A DNA stretch of 64,000 bases, taken from Candidatus Marinacidobacterales bacterium (GTDB lineage: Bacteria > Acidobacteriota > Vicinamibacteria > Marinacidobacterales > DATDRI01). The notes beneath the pieces were generated by a model. The model worked only from the letters and a program-made list of their open reading frames with translations. It did no database searches and was not told the origin of the DNA. The translations under genes were made by a program, and so were the position numbers. Location: assembly GCA_965219415.1 (NCBI GenBank), contig CBDCNP010000002.1, positions 1,440,001 through 1,504,000 of the forward strand, written 5' to 3'. Below, piece by piece: positions 11,521 through 23,004 of the stretch. Position 1 is the first letter of the stretch. Every line of letters starts with the position of its first letter.

Positions 11521-12271
11521 TCAGCGCCTGTTGAAGACCGCGACCAATCGCGCCCCGTTGGTCGATGTCGCGGGCTCTACCCATTTGCGGTAAGCGAACC
11601 CGAGGAGCCTCAAACCACAGCGCCCAGTTGGCGACGAAAAAACGGTTCACCGCCATCCCCTCGACAAACTTCGGCGCCAAGCCGACGCGATGAATGTAAC
11701 GAGAAGAATCGAGCTCGAAGTAGGATCCGAGAAGTGCGGCGAGCTCATTTTCGTCGAAGTGACGGAAATGCTTTCGGCTGACCCGAATATTGTGCGTAGG
11801 CACCGTCACCACCAATGCACCTGACGGAGAGACAAGCTCACCGAGCCCAGAAACGATCTGCGCGCATTCATCGGGCGGAATATGCTCGAGCACCTCGCTG
11901 GCGACGATTACGTCGAACCGCTTTCCCCTGAGCTCTTCGAGGCTTCTGGCGAACCGAACCTTCGCCTCGTCGTTGAAACCACTGGCGAAATGAAGCGCTC
12001 GCTCGACGATCTCCACGCCCCACAACTCGCTCGTCGGGGCACGCACCGCCAGCTCGGAGAGTAGCCGGCCGTCGCCGCATCCGAAGTCCAAAACCGATTC
12101 GGGACGCAGTTTCTCCACCTCGCTCACAACACTCTCCAAGAGCGAAAGGTACCGGAATCCCCAGTGCAAGTGGCGGCCCACGTACCAGATCCCGTCGGCC
12201 GCGTGCGGCAGATGATGATATGGAAAAACATACTTCGCCGCTTGAACGTTCCGGGGATCGATGGCCTCCAT
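11521..12271 (-). pseudogene. Class I SAM-dependent methyltransferase, frameshift near 11615
   Basis: VLDFGCGDG, SEVLEHI, HFRHF; the natural C-terminus LRLLGFAYRKW...VFNRR* lies in another frame. Confidence 0.8.
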
Positions 12272-12419
12272 TTTCGGAGAGGGTATCAAGCGTCGACAAG
12301 AAAGTGCAAGACGGGGCGACGAAGACCGAACACAACCAACCGCATCGCCAAACTGCGTCGAGCCATCCATTCCCGTTCAGCCACGGTTCCCTTTCCGCTT
12401 CCGCGCTCAAGAGACGCTA

Positions 12420-13525
12420 GAGATGAACTCCGATATCCTGCTGGCTCTCTCCGTCCAGGAGTGTTTTTTGACGTCGATAAACGCTTGATCGGCAAGCGAC
12501 TGGCCAGCTTCCGGCCCGCCCCGGGAGGTTTCGAATCGAGCGGGTGCCGGTTCGCTTCAACGGAAACCCTGTACGCGTGGAGCTCCTAACCGAGGACCCC
12601 GCCCCCGAAAAGCTTGGAATTGCAGTCGACCGGATACGGCTCGAAGGAACGAGGGCTAGACTCCCGCTCGATTTCTGGGCACCGCGGGTTGCTCGTCGTC
12701 GGCCTCTTCCTAGTTTGCCTTCTTTCCGGCCTTCGCCTGTCACATTCTTTCGCAGCCGCCTTCATTCTCTCCGCTATTCAGGCTACTTGGTTCGCGATGG
12801 ATCCCTTTGGGGTGGCGCACGTGAGCGACAAAATCGCATCGCGCGCGGTGTTGCTGGGCGGAATCACCATCGTCCTCGGCCGGTTCATCTCCGAGGCCGA
12901 GGACCGACGTTGGCTTCCGCTGTTGTTCATGGTCGGCTATCTGCTGAAAGGCGCAGCCATTTTCTACCCCAGCTTCTTCTCCCCCGATGTGTTGACACAC
13001 GGACGATACGTCCTAGCTTTCCCGTCTGATGGAGACAGCCTCGAGGCACGGGGCGTGGTGGCCCAAGAGAAAAGCAACATCGCCTACCCGCGCAGCGTGG
13101 GAGGCAAACGCTACGCGTTTCCCTACTCGCCGCTTTTCTATCTTCCCTTCACCGGGCTCAGCGACCGTGCGGAGGTCGACGAGGCGCTCAAATACGCGGC
13201 TCTCGCCGCGGCGGGAATGATCCTCGTATATCGACGGGGCGAGCCCGCCGTCTTCCGTCCTATGCTCGCCTATTCCCTGACCTTTGCTCTCCTGCTGAGC
13301 TTGAGGGGCTTGTCGGGCGGCCTCTTCAAAGACTTGAAGGAGATACTCTTCGTGGGTCCCCTGATCGCGATCGCCGCGAGTGCCAGCATCCTCGAAATTG
13401 CGAAACGAAGTCGAACCGGCCAGATCGCCGCGGTGTTGATCATGTCCGGGTTGATGATCTTCTGGGCGGCAGCCTATCGCGCCGACCTCCAGACTTTTTG
13501 TTCGCTGGCCGGTCTCTCGCGCTAA
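12420..13525 (+). pseudogene. Remnant of a membrane protein (GT-C-like), 5' part lost, internal deletion near 13215
   Basis: Beta-domain tail LGIAVDRIRLEG, then TM helices with D...H and FPYSPLFY; abrupt jump to C-terminal helices. Confidence 0.5.
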
Positions 13526-15219
13526 CGACGATCGTGCCGATATTGAAAGACTCGAATCCAACGTCCTTGCTGCCAAACCAAAGAGAAGGCCCGACTTTCT
13601 TCGAAGAACGTGTGGTTCACTTGTAGCGGCCCGTCCTTGTCGAGGCGCCCCGCTGCCAGGTGCGTCAGACTCCACCGAGACGCGGCGCCGCGAATTCTGG
13701 CCGGATCTTCTGATTCGGCGAACCAGGACTCGGCTTGCCGACGGTCGTCTAGATCCGACGGAAGCGTCGCGGCACGTTCGACCAGCAGGACTCGCCTTCC
13801 GCTCAAAGCCGGTATCCACGATGAGTAGCTGGGTCCGGCAACGAAAACGGCATCGGGCTCGGTTTCCGCTTCGATCCAGGAAACCAGGGGACGGAACTGC
13901 GGGGCGACCGGCTCCACACTCCGAACATAGACTGGATCCATCAGTATCGGATGCCACCAGTAAGGGAAGGCCCATGGCAACGAGAAAACCGCCACCGCAG
14001 TCAATCCCAAGGCGTGAAGCGAAACGTTTTTGAGATACCTCGTGCCGATCGGGGCTCCCCCGAGGCTTTGCTCCAGCCACTCCACTAGGCCCCAAGCCCC
14101 TCGCCCCGCCGCAATCGCCAGCAAGAAATTCAGCAACGCGCCAAGCGTCTGGATGTCGGTCCATGAAGCCACGCTCGGCGACAGAAACGATAGAGATGCA
14201 AGGACGAACACCGTTCCAACCTGACTCACGAACAGGACTTCAGTAGCCCTGCCGCCACGCACCATACGGACCAGCGCGAACACCGCGAGATAGATGACGA
14301 GGCCTTTATCTACGGTAAGGCCGAGAAGGCGATCGAACGCGAAATACAAGGCGCCCGTCTCGACGGGAGCGCCGGCTGGTTCGAGGCCACCTGTCCATGG
14401 AAGAAACAAAAGGGCTCCAACCGCCAGACTTACCCCCGTCTTCCAGGCTGCAGTCGAAAACCCGAGGCTAACCACCACCCACACCATCGCCGAGAAAAAC
14501 GCGGGTGCTGCGACGCGTGGCTCCATCCATGCGATCAATCCAAGCAAGACTCCTGCTCCGACAAAGGACGGAATCCGACGAGCTCCCCCGAGCAGCTTGA
14601 ACCATATGACGAGCAGTCCCAGAACAAAAGCCAAGTGCGGCCGCTGGCCAAAGACGTCGAGCCAAAATGGCCCGAGAGTTTCAAGGAAGCCCAACCGTGT
14701 CGAGCTAAGGAATAGAACGAAGAATACCGCAAGCCCTCTCGCCAACCCGGTCGATGCCTCGTCGTCGAACGCACTCGTGAACCAGAAGACGGCCGTAGCG
14801 AGGAAGATCATCCCCACCAGGGGAATGAGATCGTAGAGAGAAAAGAGCCGCCCGGGATCGAAGCCCGAAGCAAAGGCCAGGACAAGGCTCCAAAGTGGTT
14901 GCGGGTTCGGCTGATTGACCATCCATCCATCTGCGGCCGTCCCTCGAGCGGCGGTTACCATCGGCTGCGCTAGGGCGGAAAGCCCCGACTCACCTTCGAC
15001 GACGGCGTAAGGGCGCCCCAGGGGGAGCTCAAAGACGGCCCAGGCAAACCCAGCCAGCAAGAGCGAACCGCAGAACAGCCACCATCGATTCGGCCATCGG
15101 AGAATACCAAGCGCCCAGCAAAGGAAAGCAACGGTGAAAATGTACTTGAAGGCAACGAAATAGCTGGCAAAGGTCATCGCCGGACCGCCGGGCCAGAGTG
15201 TTACCAGCTCTTTCAACAT
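13522..15219 (-). CDS. Multi-TM membrane protein, probable GT-C glycosyltransferase
   Basis: 565 aa, many TMs, soluble C-terminal domain with WIEAETEPDAVF and WIPALSGRRVL. Confidence 0.65.
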   Translation of the reverse strand: MLKELVTLWPGGPAMTFASYFVAFKYIFTVAFLCWALGILRWPNRWWLFCGSLLLAGFAWAVFELPLGRPYAVVEGESGLSALAQPMVTAARGTAADGWMVNQPNPQPLWSLVLAFASGFDPGRLFSLYDLIPLVGMIFLATAVFWFTSAFDDEASTGLARGLAVFFVLFLSSTRLGFLETLGPFWLDVFGQRPHLAFVLGLLVIWFKLLGGARRIPSFVGAGVLLGLIAWMEPRVAAPAFFSAMVWVVVSLGFSTAAWKTGVSLAVGALLFLPWTGGLEPAGAPVETGALYFAFDRLLGLTVDKGLVIYLAVFALVRMVRGGRATEVLFVSQVGTVFVLASLSFLSPSVASWTDIQTLGALLNFLLAIAAGRGAWGLVEWLEQSLGGAPIGTRYLKNVSLHALGLTAVAVFSLPWAFPYWWHPILMDPVYVRSVEPVAPQFRPLVSWIEAETEPDAVFVAGPSYSSWIPALSGRRVLLVERAATLPSDLDDRRQAESWFAESEDPARIRGAASRWSLTHLAAGRLDKDGPLQVNHTFFEESRAFSLVWQQGRWIRVFQYRHDRR

Positions 15220-15285
15220 TCGAAGGGCGAGTATAGCCCAGGGAAAGCGGAGCCCAGGGGATCCCCCTTCGGTCCAACAAAAGCT

Positions 15286-17453
15286 TCAGCGATGATCGGG
15301 AAGGGTCTCGAAGATTGGGATCTCGGGGATGCGCCACACCGGTTCGACATCCGTCGGATCTCCCTCGCGTATGAAGAGCCGTATTCCTTCCAATAGTCGG
15401 GGCTCGGGCAGCACAACATCCATCGTCGCTTTCTTAGGGTCCTCAACCAGACGACGTACCAGCCGAGCGTTTTGCCAAGGATCTTCTTCGAGCTCGAGAC
15501 GCCTCCACCGATGTGACCGGTGAAAACCATTGACCGCGAGCGATCTCGGAAAATGCCCGTACGGAAAACTGAATCCTAGCGAGATCTTGGAAACTCGGTA
15601 CTCTTCGCCGAGATCGATCTGGAAGAACTGCCCCTTCTCCTGCCCCTTGCCGCTGCTCCAGCTCGTTTCCAAACTGCCGTCCACCGCCAGGCGCGCATTT
15701 GATGGTGAGGACGTCTTGAATTCCCACGCCTCCCGGGGTATCGCCCGGAGACGACCCTCGGAGGGTCGGTGGGGCTCGGAAGCGGGGAGCACGCGGAACA
15801 CCATCTCTTCGCCATAACGTAGCCGCCTCGCGGCGCGCCTCGCTCGAGGAAACTGACGAACGAACTCGAAATTCGGATCCCGCCGGAGTCGCCGTTCAAT
15901 CCTGGCGGCGTCGGGACCGCGACGCGGATGATAGATGATGTAGCGAACCCCCAACGACTGCAGAATGCGCGTGCCTTCGATGGAAGGAAAATCGCGCCAG
16001 GTCCAAAGCATGTACTCCATGGCGGGTGGTTTGAAACTGGGCTTCCCGAACGGAACAGGTTTCCAGTGAACCGTGGAGAAGTACGTCTCGTAGCCGTAGA
16101 AACGTGAAAACCTTCGGTTGTACACCGGGAACTCGACCACCGGGAAATCCTCCGGAAGCCCGGCCAGCCACTGGTAGACGGCAGGGATTTCGTCCCCGGT
16201 GGGGACCCGCGCATACACGTTGCGTCGCGCATGCTCCAATGGAATCAGAGCCAGGAGTACTACCAGCAGAGCAGTCTTTCTCCAGGCCGGGCGGGCCAGT
16301 CGTTGTGAAAGCACCGAAGCTCCCGCACCGGCGAGCAATGCGAGGCCGAATGTGAAATAGACAGATAGCCGTTCCGGAACCCGCGTGTATTGGAAAAACG
16401 GAATGTAGTCGAAGAGTAGGCGGAATGGACCGGGCCCGAGATTTCGTCCCATGAATTTCATCTCCGCCCCAGCGGAAAGAATCAAAAAGAAAGCCCCACA
16501 AACCGCGGTCCAGGCAACCAAGCATCGGTAGCTATGAGATTCGGGCTCGTTGCTCTTTCTCAAGACGAAGGCGACCCCCAGGCCTGCCAGCGCGAGCGTC
16601 AAGTATCCGATGAAATGATGGTTGCCCGGCAAATCTGCAAACATCCCCTCGGTGAGCCGGCCATAGAGAAAACTATTCGGCGGTGGTAAGAGATGGTAGG
16701 CCAGGTCCGGGCCTTGGGACAGTGGGCGCTCGAACCCGTAATGGTGAAATGTCTTCAAGTATGGAAGCTCCACGGGAACCAAGAACAGACAGCCGACGAT
16801 CAGAGGTACTGCGAGCCGGAATCCGTCTCGAAGGCTTCGTCGATCCGGAAACAGATAGATGTAGCCCGCAACCACTGGAGCGAGAAAAAGAGGAAACGAA
16901 ATGAGGTAGTACTGACACGAGAGCCCCAGCAAGACGAAACAAGCGGCAAAAGCGGTGGCATCCAACCAGCGTCCTCTCTTAAAAACGCGGTGAAGAAAGA
17001 AGAGACTTAAGGGAATCCACTGCATCGACAATATCTGGACGCGGGAAACTTGAAGAAGCGTAAACGTACTGAGCGCGCAAACGACCCCCGCCACCGCCGC
17101 CCCGTTTCGCCGACTCCGATCTCTCGGGCCCACAACCTGACGAAAAGCGCGATCATGATCAGCGTGAGCGCCAACACCAAGTTGTTCGCTAGTATGAGAT
17201 TTGCTCCCAGCTTCATCAAGAGTGCGACCGCTAGCCCCTGAGGAATCAAATGCTCCGAGTAGACCAGGCCGGTGGGATGCGGGTAGTAGAAGTTGCTATC
17301 GAAAATTTCTAAAGGAGCCTTCGGGAACTGGTGAGCCACCCACGCCTGCACGTAAAGTCCCTGGAGCGCGTCGCCATCATCGGAAAGGTACGTCGTCGGA
17401 TTGACGGAGAGGGGAAAGAAAAGCAGGAAAATACACAAGCACACCCAAAACAC
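15286..17453 (-). pseudogene. GT-C-like membrane protein with C-terminal discoidin (F5/8 type C)-like domain; frameshift near 17100; IS at 5' end
   Basis: YSEHL, R.P.R, IPAVYQWLA and YFSTVHWKP shared with 41055-42788; AVDGSLETSWSS..QIDLGEE discoidin pattern. Confidence 0.7.
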
Positions 17454-17477
17454 GTAGAGGACGGTGCGGTGAGAAGG

Positions 17478-18499
17478 GAGTCAAGCCCATTCTTAGTTGA
17501 AACTCTCCACGGCTCACGTTTAAGCGACCTTCTTCTTCGATACGGTTGATGTCTTCGCCTCGATCTTCAGTTCCCGCTTGAGAGCTTCGCGAAGCTTGGG
17601 AAGATGGCGGTAGCCCACCACCTTCCTCAAGCGCGGTTCGATGTCTACGAGCGCCGTTGCCAACCAGCGCTGGCGTTGGCTCGAGTTCTTCCAGTGGTCG
17701 ACCTTCGCGCAGCGTTCCTCGACGAGAGCATTGACGGACTCAAGGCAGTTCGTCGTCTTGAACGAACGGCCCAGCACCGTGTGCACGCCGAGTCGATGCA
17801 ACGTCAGCGTCTCCTCAAGGCCTTCCTCCAGGCTGCCAGCTGCGGATTGGTTCCGCTCTTCTAACTCACCGTGGAGTTGCTCGAGCGCAGTGAGGGCCTC
17901 TTCGTACTCCGGCCTGTTGTAGGCCCACTGGAGCCGCTTGCGCCATGACGCCTGCTCGCCCTTGGACAGGTAGCTCACTACGTTTTCACGTTTGTGCCAC
18001 TGGCAGCGTTGTATCAGGGCCCGCTTACGGAATGCCTTCTTTGACTGCCGCTTGGAGACCCTTGCCGCCGTCGATGATCACCAGCAGACCTTGGGAGATA
18101 TCGAGTCCCCGCTCGAGCAGTGAACGCAGGAACGGCGTCAACACCTGCGCGTTCTCCGTGTCCGTCTCCACGAAGCCCAAGAAGCGTTTTTCCCCGCAAA
18201 GCGTGATGCCCAGAGCCACGACCATCGTTGCCTCGGCGAATGTCTTCCCATCCAGAAACAGCGCCACCACATCCTCGCCGGTCAGATCCCGTTCCTGCAT
18301 CTCCCGCAGCTTCGCAACGCTCGCTTGCACGAACCCTCGGGACACCGTTGAGCTCGACAGCCCGATGGCGCCCGGAATCGCTTCCGCTGCCGCCTCGTGG
18401 TTGCGACAAGAGATTCCGTAGAGAACTCGTTTCAGCAGAAGATCATTCACCTCACCGCCGTGGCTCACCGCCTCGTAGCAGCGAAGCGGAATCTCTCCT
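17478..18499 (-). mobile_element. Truncated second copy of the IS256 element (one terminal repeat plus the 3' part of the transposase)
   Basis: Near-identical to 55-1077; similarity stops abruptly at ATCTCTCCT; no second IR or target duplication seen. Confidence 0.92.
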
Positions 18500-18602
18500 A
18501 GCACAATTGTTTCCGGTGAAGTGAAGATCTCGATTGGTACAGCGTCTCCCCGTGTGAATTTGGTGACGACAGCCGCACCCATCCAGAGTGAAGGGGAGCC
18601 CC

Positions 18603-19738
18603 GTGAACTCCAAGCCTGACTATGATTCCGTTGTCGTGGGGGGCGGCTTCTACGGGTGCGTTCTAGCCCAACACCTTCGACATGCCCTCGGACACCGCAC
18701 CCTCCTTGTGGAGGCGAGCAGCCTACTTCTCGCCCGGGCGTCTTACGTCAATCAAGCCCGCGTGCACCACGGATATCACTACCCGCGGAGCCTATTGACC
18801 GGCTACCGCTCTCGTGTGACCTTCGAACGATTCATTGGAGACTATCGAGACTGCATCGATGATCGTTTCACTAGCTACTACGCCATCGGGCGGTTGTTCT
18901 CGAAGGTCACCGCTGCGCAGTTCAAGCTCTTCTGCCAACGCATCGGGGCGCCGATTGATACCGCCCCAGTAGAAATCCGGGGATTGTTCAACCCCAATCT
19001 GATCGAGGACGTTTTCGAAGTCCGCGAAGTGGCCTTCGACGCGGTGAAGCTCCGAACGCGTTTGACCGACCAGCTGAACGCGAGTGGCGTGGAGGTCCGG
19101 TTAGGAACCGCGGCCGAGCGCGTTGAGCAGCTTCCCAACAGTTGTCTGGCACTTAGCTTGTCTTCGGGTGGAACCATTTCGAGGGCAACGTCTGCACAAG
19201 TCTTCAACTGCACCTATTCCAGAATGAACCGTCTCCTTGCCACGTCGGCGTTGCCTCCGCTTGCGCTCAAATACGAGCTGACAGAACTGGCCTTGGTCGA
19301 AGTTCCCGAACCGTTGCGCGAAGTGGGAATCACCGTCATGCGTGGCCCCTTTTTTTCGGTCATCCCTTTTCCGCCACGCGAACTGCATTCGTTCAGCCAC
19401 GTTCGCTATACGCCGCACTGCGAGTGGCACGACGGTCCCGATAAGTTCGATGGAGATCCCTACCATCTGTTCGAGCGAATGAAGAAAGAAACCCACTACG
19501 TCGAGATGGTGAAAGACGCTAGCCATACTTGCCGCTTCTCGAGGAGTCTCGCTATGTCGACTCGATTTGGGAGCTCAAAACGGTCTTGCCGCGCAGCGAG
19601 ATCGACGACAGCCGGCCGATTCTGTTCAAGGAAAATTACGGGTTGAAGGGCTTGACGTGCATCATGGGCTCCAAGATCGACAACGTCTACGATATGATCG
19701 ACTTCACCAATGGCACGATCGCTGCGGGGAAAGAATAG
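18603..19738 (+). pseudogene. FAD-dependent oxidoreductase (DAO-like, glycan-cluster type), frameshift near 19525
   Basis: VVGGGFYG, ASYVNQARVHHGYHYPRS; C-terminal DSRPILF..GSKIDNVYD in a second frame. Confidence 0.85.
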
Positions 19739-19741
19739 CTG

Positions 19742-20133
19742 ATGATCGATCCGGACTGCGTCATCTCGGTAATCGCTCCCCTGCATAACGATTCCGACAT
19801 CATCGACTCTTTCGTTGGCGAGTTGGCAGATTCTCTCAAAAACCATTTCGCCGTTTACGAGATGGTGTTGGTGGATGATGGGTCGACCGACGAGACGGTG
19901 GCCAAAGTCAACGCCCTGCTATTGAGATATCAACGGATCCGCCTCATCCGACTCTCTCGAGGATTCGGCCAGGAGATCGCGATCTCGGCCGGCCTCGATT
20001 CCGTGATCGGTGACTTCGTCGTGGTGATGCTTCCCGACTCCGACTCGCCGAGCCTGGTACCAGGGATGGTCAACCGGGCACGGAGTGGGGCGGAGATGGT
20101 CTTCGGGGTCCGAAAGTCGCGCGCTAGCGATCC
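19742..20133 (+). pseudogene. GT2 polyprenyl-phosphate glycosyltransferase, truncated by deletion
   Basis: ISVIAPLHND, VDDGSTD, LSRGFGQEIAISAGLD; homology ends after VFGVRKSR. Confidence 0.8.
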
Positions 20134-20190
20134 TGAAAGCTCTTGGCGAGTTCGTTTCGAACCGCGGGCCCGGTACTAGATGAACGCGAG

Positions 20191-21015
20191 ATGAACGCGA
20201 TCAACCTCTGCATCTCCAACATCGCCTGGGCGAGCGAAGACGAGCCCTTGGCCGCGGAAATTCTCGCCGAGTCCGGCCTTACCCGCGTGGAAGTCGCTCC
20301 CACTAAGATTTGGGACGAGCCCCTTCGTGCTGCCGACGACGATCTCGAACGGTGTCGCGAGTTCTGGAGTGAGCGAGGGATCTCGATCGTCGCTTTGCAA
20401 GCGCTATTGTTCGGGCGGCCCGACCTCACGATTTTCGAAAGTGCCGAGACTCGCGCCGATACGCTCGAGTACCTACGGGGCATCGCGCGGTTGGGGAGCA
20501 GGCTCGGAGCGAGAGTGCTCGTCTTCGGCTCTCCCAAGAACCGCCAGGTAAGTGGCCGCCCCGCGCAAGAGGTGGACGACATCGCAGTATCCTTTTTTAG
20601 GGCGGCGGGTGAGTCGGCGCGAGAAGAAGGCGTGGTCTTGTGCATCGAGCCCAACCCGCGGGAATACGGTTGCGACTTCGTAACCACTTCGGCCGAGGGT
20701 CTGGAGCTGGTGAGGAAAGTAGACAACGCGGGTTTCGGGCTTCACCTCGACGCGGCGGCCATGACTCTCAGTGGCGAGTCGCTTGAGCCCGCCTTGACGA
20801 ACGCCGCAGGAGCGTTTTGTCACTTCCACGCCAGCGAGCCGAACCTTGGGCCGCTCGGCAAGGGCGGGGTCGATCATAAAACCCTGGCGTCGCTACTCAG
20901 TCGGATCGAATACTCCGAGTGCGTCTCCGTTGAGATGAGGCACGATCCGGACGCTGAGGCCAGTGCCGAGTTGCGGCGCGTCTTGACCTACCTCAAGGAG
21001 ACCTACGCCGGCTAG
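20191..21015 (+). CDS. Sugar phosphate isomerase/epimerase (xylose-isomerase-like TIM barrel)
   Basis: ISNIAW, VFGSPKNR, IEPNP..YGC, HLD, HFHASEP and SVEM. Confidence 0.85.
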   Translation: MNAINLCISNIAWASEDEPLAAEILAESGLTRVEVAPTKIWDEPLRAADDDLERCREFWSERGISIVALQALLFGRPDLTIFESAETRADTLEYLRGIARLGSRLGARVLVFGSPKNRQVSGRPAQEVDDIAVSFFRAAGESAREEGVVLCIEPNPREYGCDFVTTSAEGLELVRKVDNAGFGLHLDAAAMTLSGESLEPALTNAAGAFCHFHASEPNLGPLGKGGVDHKTLASLLSRIEYSECVSVEMRHDPDAEASAELRRVLTYLKETYAG

Positions 21016-21043
21016 GCTAACCTGGAGTCGAATCGCTCGACTT

Positions 21044-22898
21044 TCAGTTCTCGACGTACCCGAGTGCCTTCAATCTCTCCCGCAGAAGCTCGTCCACCAC
21101 CACCTCCTGCCCGCGCCTGGTGGACCGCAGCTGCCTCGCTTCAGCCAAGTAGGACTGAAGGTCTCTCCGAAACGAACGCAGCGCGGAGGGTTCTTGCTCT
21201 GACACCAGGTTCAGCGTTTCCCCGGGATCGCTTCCGCAGGTCGTAGAGCTCCTCCTCGCGTACTCCATCGACGTCGAGTTCTGCTAGCGCCGGCCCTTAG
21301 AGCGTCGCAACGTACTTGAACTGCTCGTTGCGGAACGCCACCTTGAACAAAGCCGGCCGGGTCACCAGTGCCTTCCAAGAGACTTCGCTGACGACGGAAC
21401 GGCTGGTATCGGGCCGGGTCACGTATCGCCTCAGGTCCCTCGCCCACGCCGTCTCTGAATCCAATCCGACCGCCCCCAACACGGTCGGGAAAACATCCAC
21501 CTGGCTGACCAGGCTCGCGACTCTGCCGGTTGGCGATTCCGCCGGCCATTTGACGATGAGCGGCACGCGAACCATCTCTTCGTAGAGGGTTTGGGTGTGT
21601 TTCCAATAACCGTGTTCGTAGAAGGCCTCTCCATGATCGGCGGTGAGGATAATCAGGGACGAGTCGTACAGTCCCTCCGCCCTCATCTTGTCGAAGAAGC
21701 GTCCCAGTTCACGATCCACGTAGGCAATCTCACCATCGTAGAGGTTCACCGCCTGGTCGATTTGCGCCTGGCCGCTAGGTGGTACATCGTTCAGGATTTG
21801 TTTCAACAGATCCGAGATGTCGGGAGGTCGTTCTCCGAATCGCTGTCGAAACTCTTCCGGAGGAGCGTAGGGCCAGTGGGCGTCGATGAGATGCAGGAAG
21901 AGAAAGTGGCTTTGCCCGTCTCCTTTCCCCAAGAGATCGATCGCCGCATCCACGGTGTGCGACGCCCCAGGATTGAAATAAAACCGGTAGCTGTGAAATC
22001 CCCGATCGAATCCATATTCTTGGGAAAGCGTCGGCACCGAAACCAAACCGTCCACCCGATAGCCGGACTCGGCTAGTAGAACCGGCAGATAAGGGACCGA
22101 ATCGTGGAGCATGCTCGTCTTGGTGGCTCCGTGAATAGAGGGAGGAAGACCGGTAAGCATCGACATGTGGGTGGGAAGCGTCCAAGACGACGTGCTTACC
22201 GCGGCCTCGAAAACGACGCCGTCCTTCGCCAAGGCATCGATGCTTGGGGTCGTGTCGCGGGAGTAACCGTAGATCCCGAGATGATCGGAGCGCAGACAGT
22301 CGATGGATATCAAAATGACGTTGGGACGCTCCGACCGCTCACTCCGACTCGAAAGAACCGGCTTGCCCCAAAGCGCGAGTGCTGGACGCTCTCCCGACGA
22401 CTCGCCCGTTTCCCCCTTGCGTTTCGTTTCGAAAATCAGTCGCACCTTCTCGCCCTGCCATCGCGATAGCTCCACTTCGTGATCGAGCCACAGGTTGGGC
22501 CGGGCTCGCCCTACGACACCTGCAAAAACTTCCTCCTGGTTGCCACCCGCGTCGAGCTGCAGATTGAACTCCACTGCCGCCGCCAGGCCAGGCTCGCCGA
22601 ACGTGAAAACGCCGATAGCAAATCGCAGCACCGGATCGACCGGAACCTCGACATCGAACTCGAGGCGGGAAGGAATCGGGGGCACCAGGCTTCGGCGCGT
22701 CTCGTCGGCCATGGTAATCGACGTGGACAGCTGCGTGCTTCTACGCAGTGACAGCTCCCGCCCCACGTTTTCCGTGTGGTCCACGAAAAAGTACCGTGAG
22801 GGGCTCGGAGGCTCGCGCTCCCCACAGCTACTCCCAAGTAGGAGCGCCATGGCCGCGGCGCAAGCAAGCCATCGGATGGCGACCGGCTCGTTCATCAT
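21044..22898 (-). pseudogene. Lipoprotein, sulfatase/alkaline-phosphatase fold with Thr nucleophile and N-terminal beta domain; premature TAA at 21297 and a later frameshift
   Basis: LLGSSC lipobox-like; IDCLRSDH; SSWTLPTH; ADHGE; frame continues past TAA (EEELYDL); tail ERLKALGYVEN. Confidence 0.85.
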
Positions 22899-23004
22899 GT
22901 GACGGGCGAGTATAACGCACGGCCTCGACGGTCCAGCAGTCCTGAACAACTGTTGACTTCGCATTGCCGTAAGGGCACGCTAGGAGGCCGCCGAGGAATC
23001 TTCT

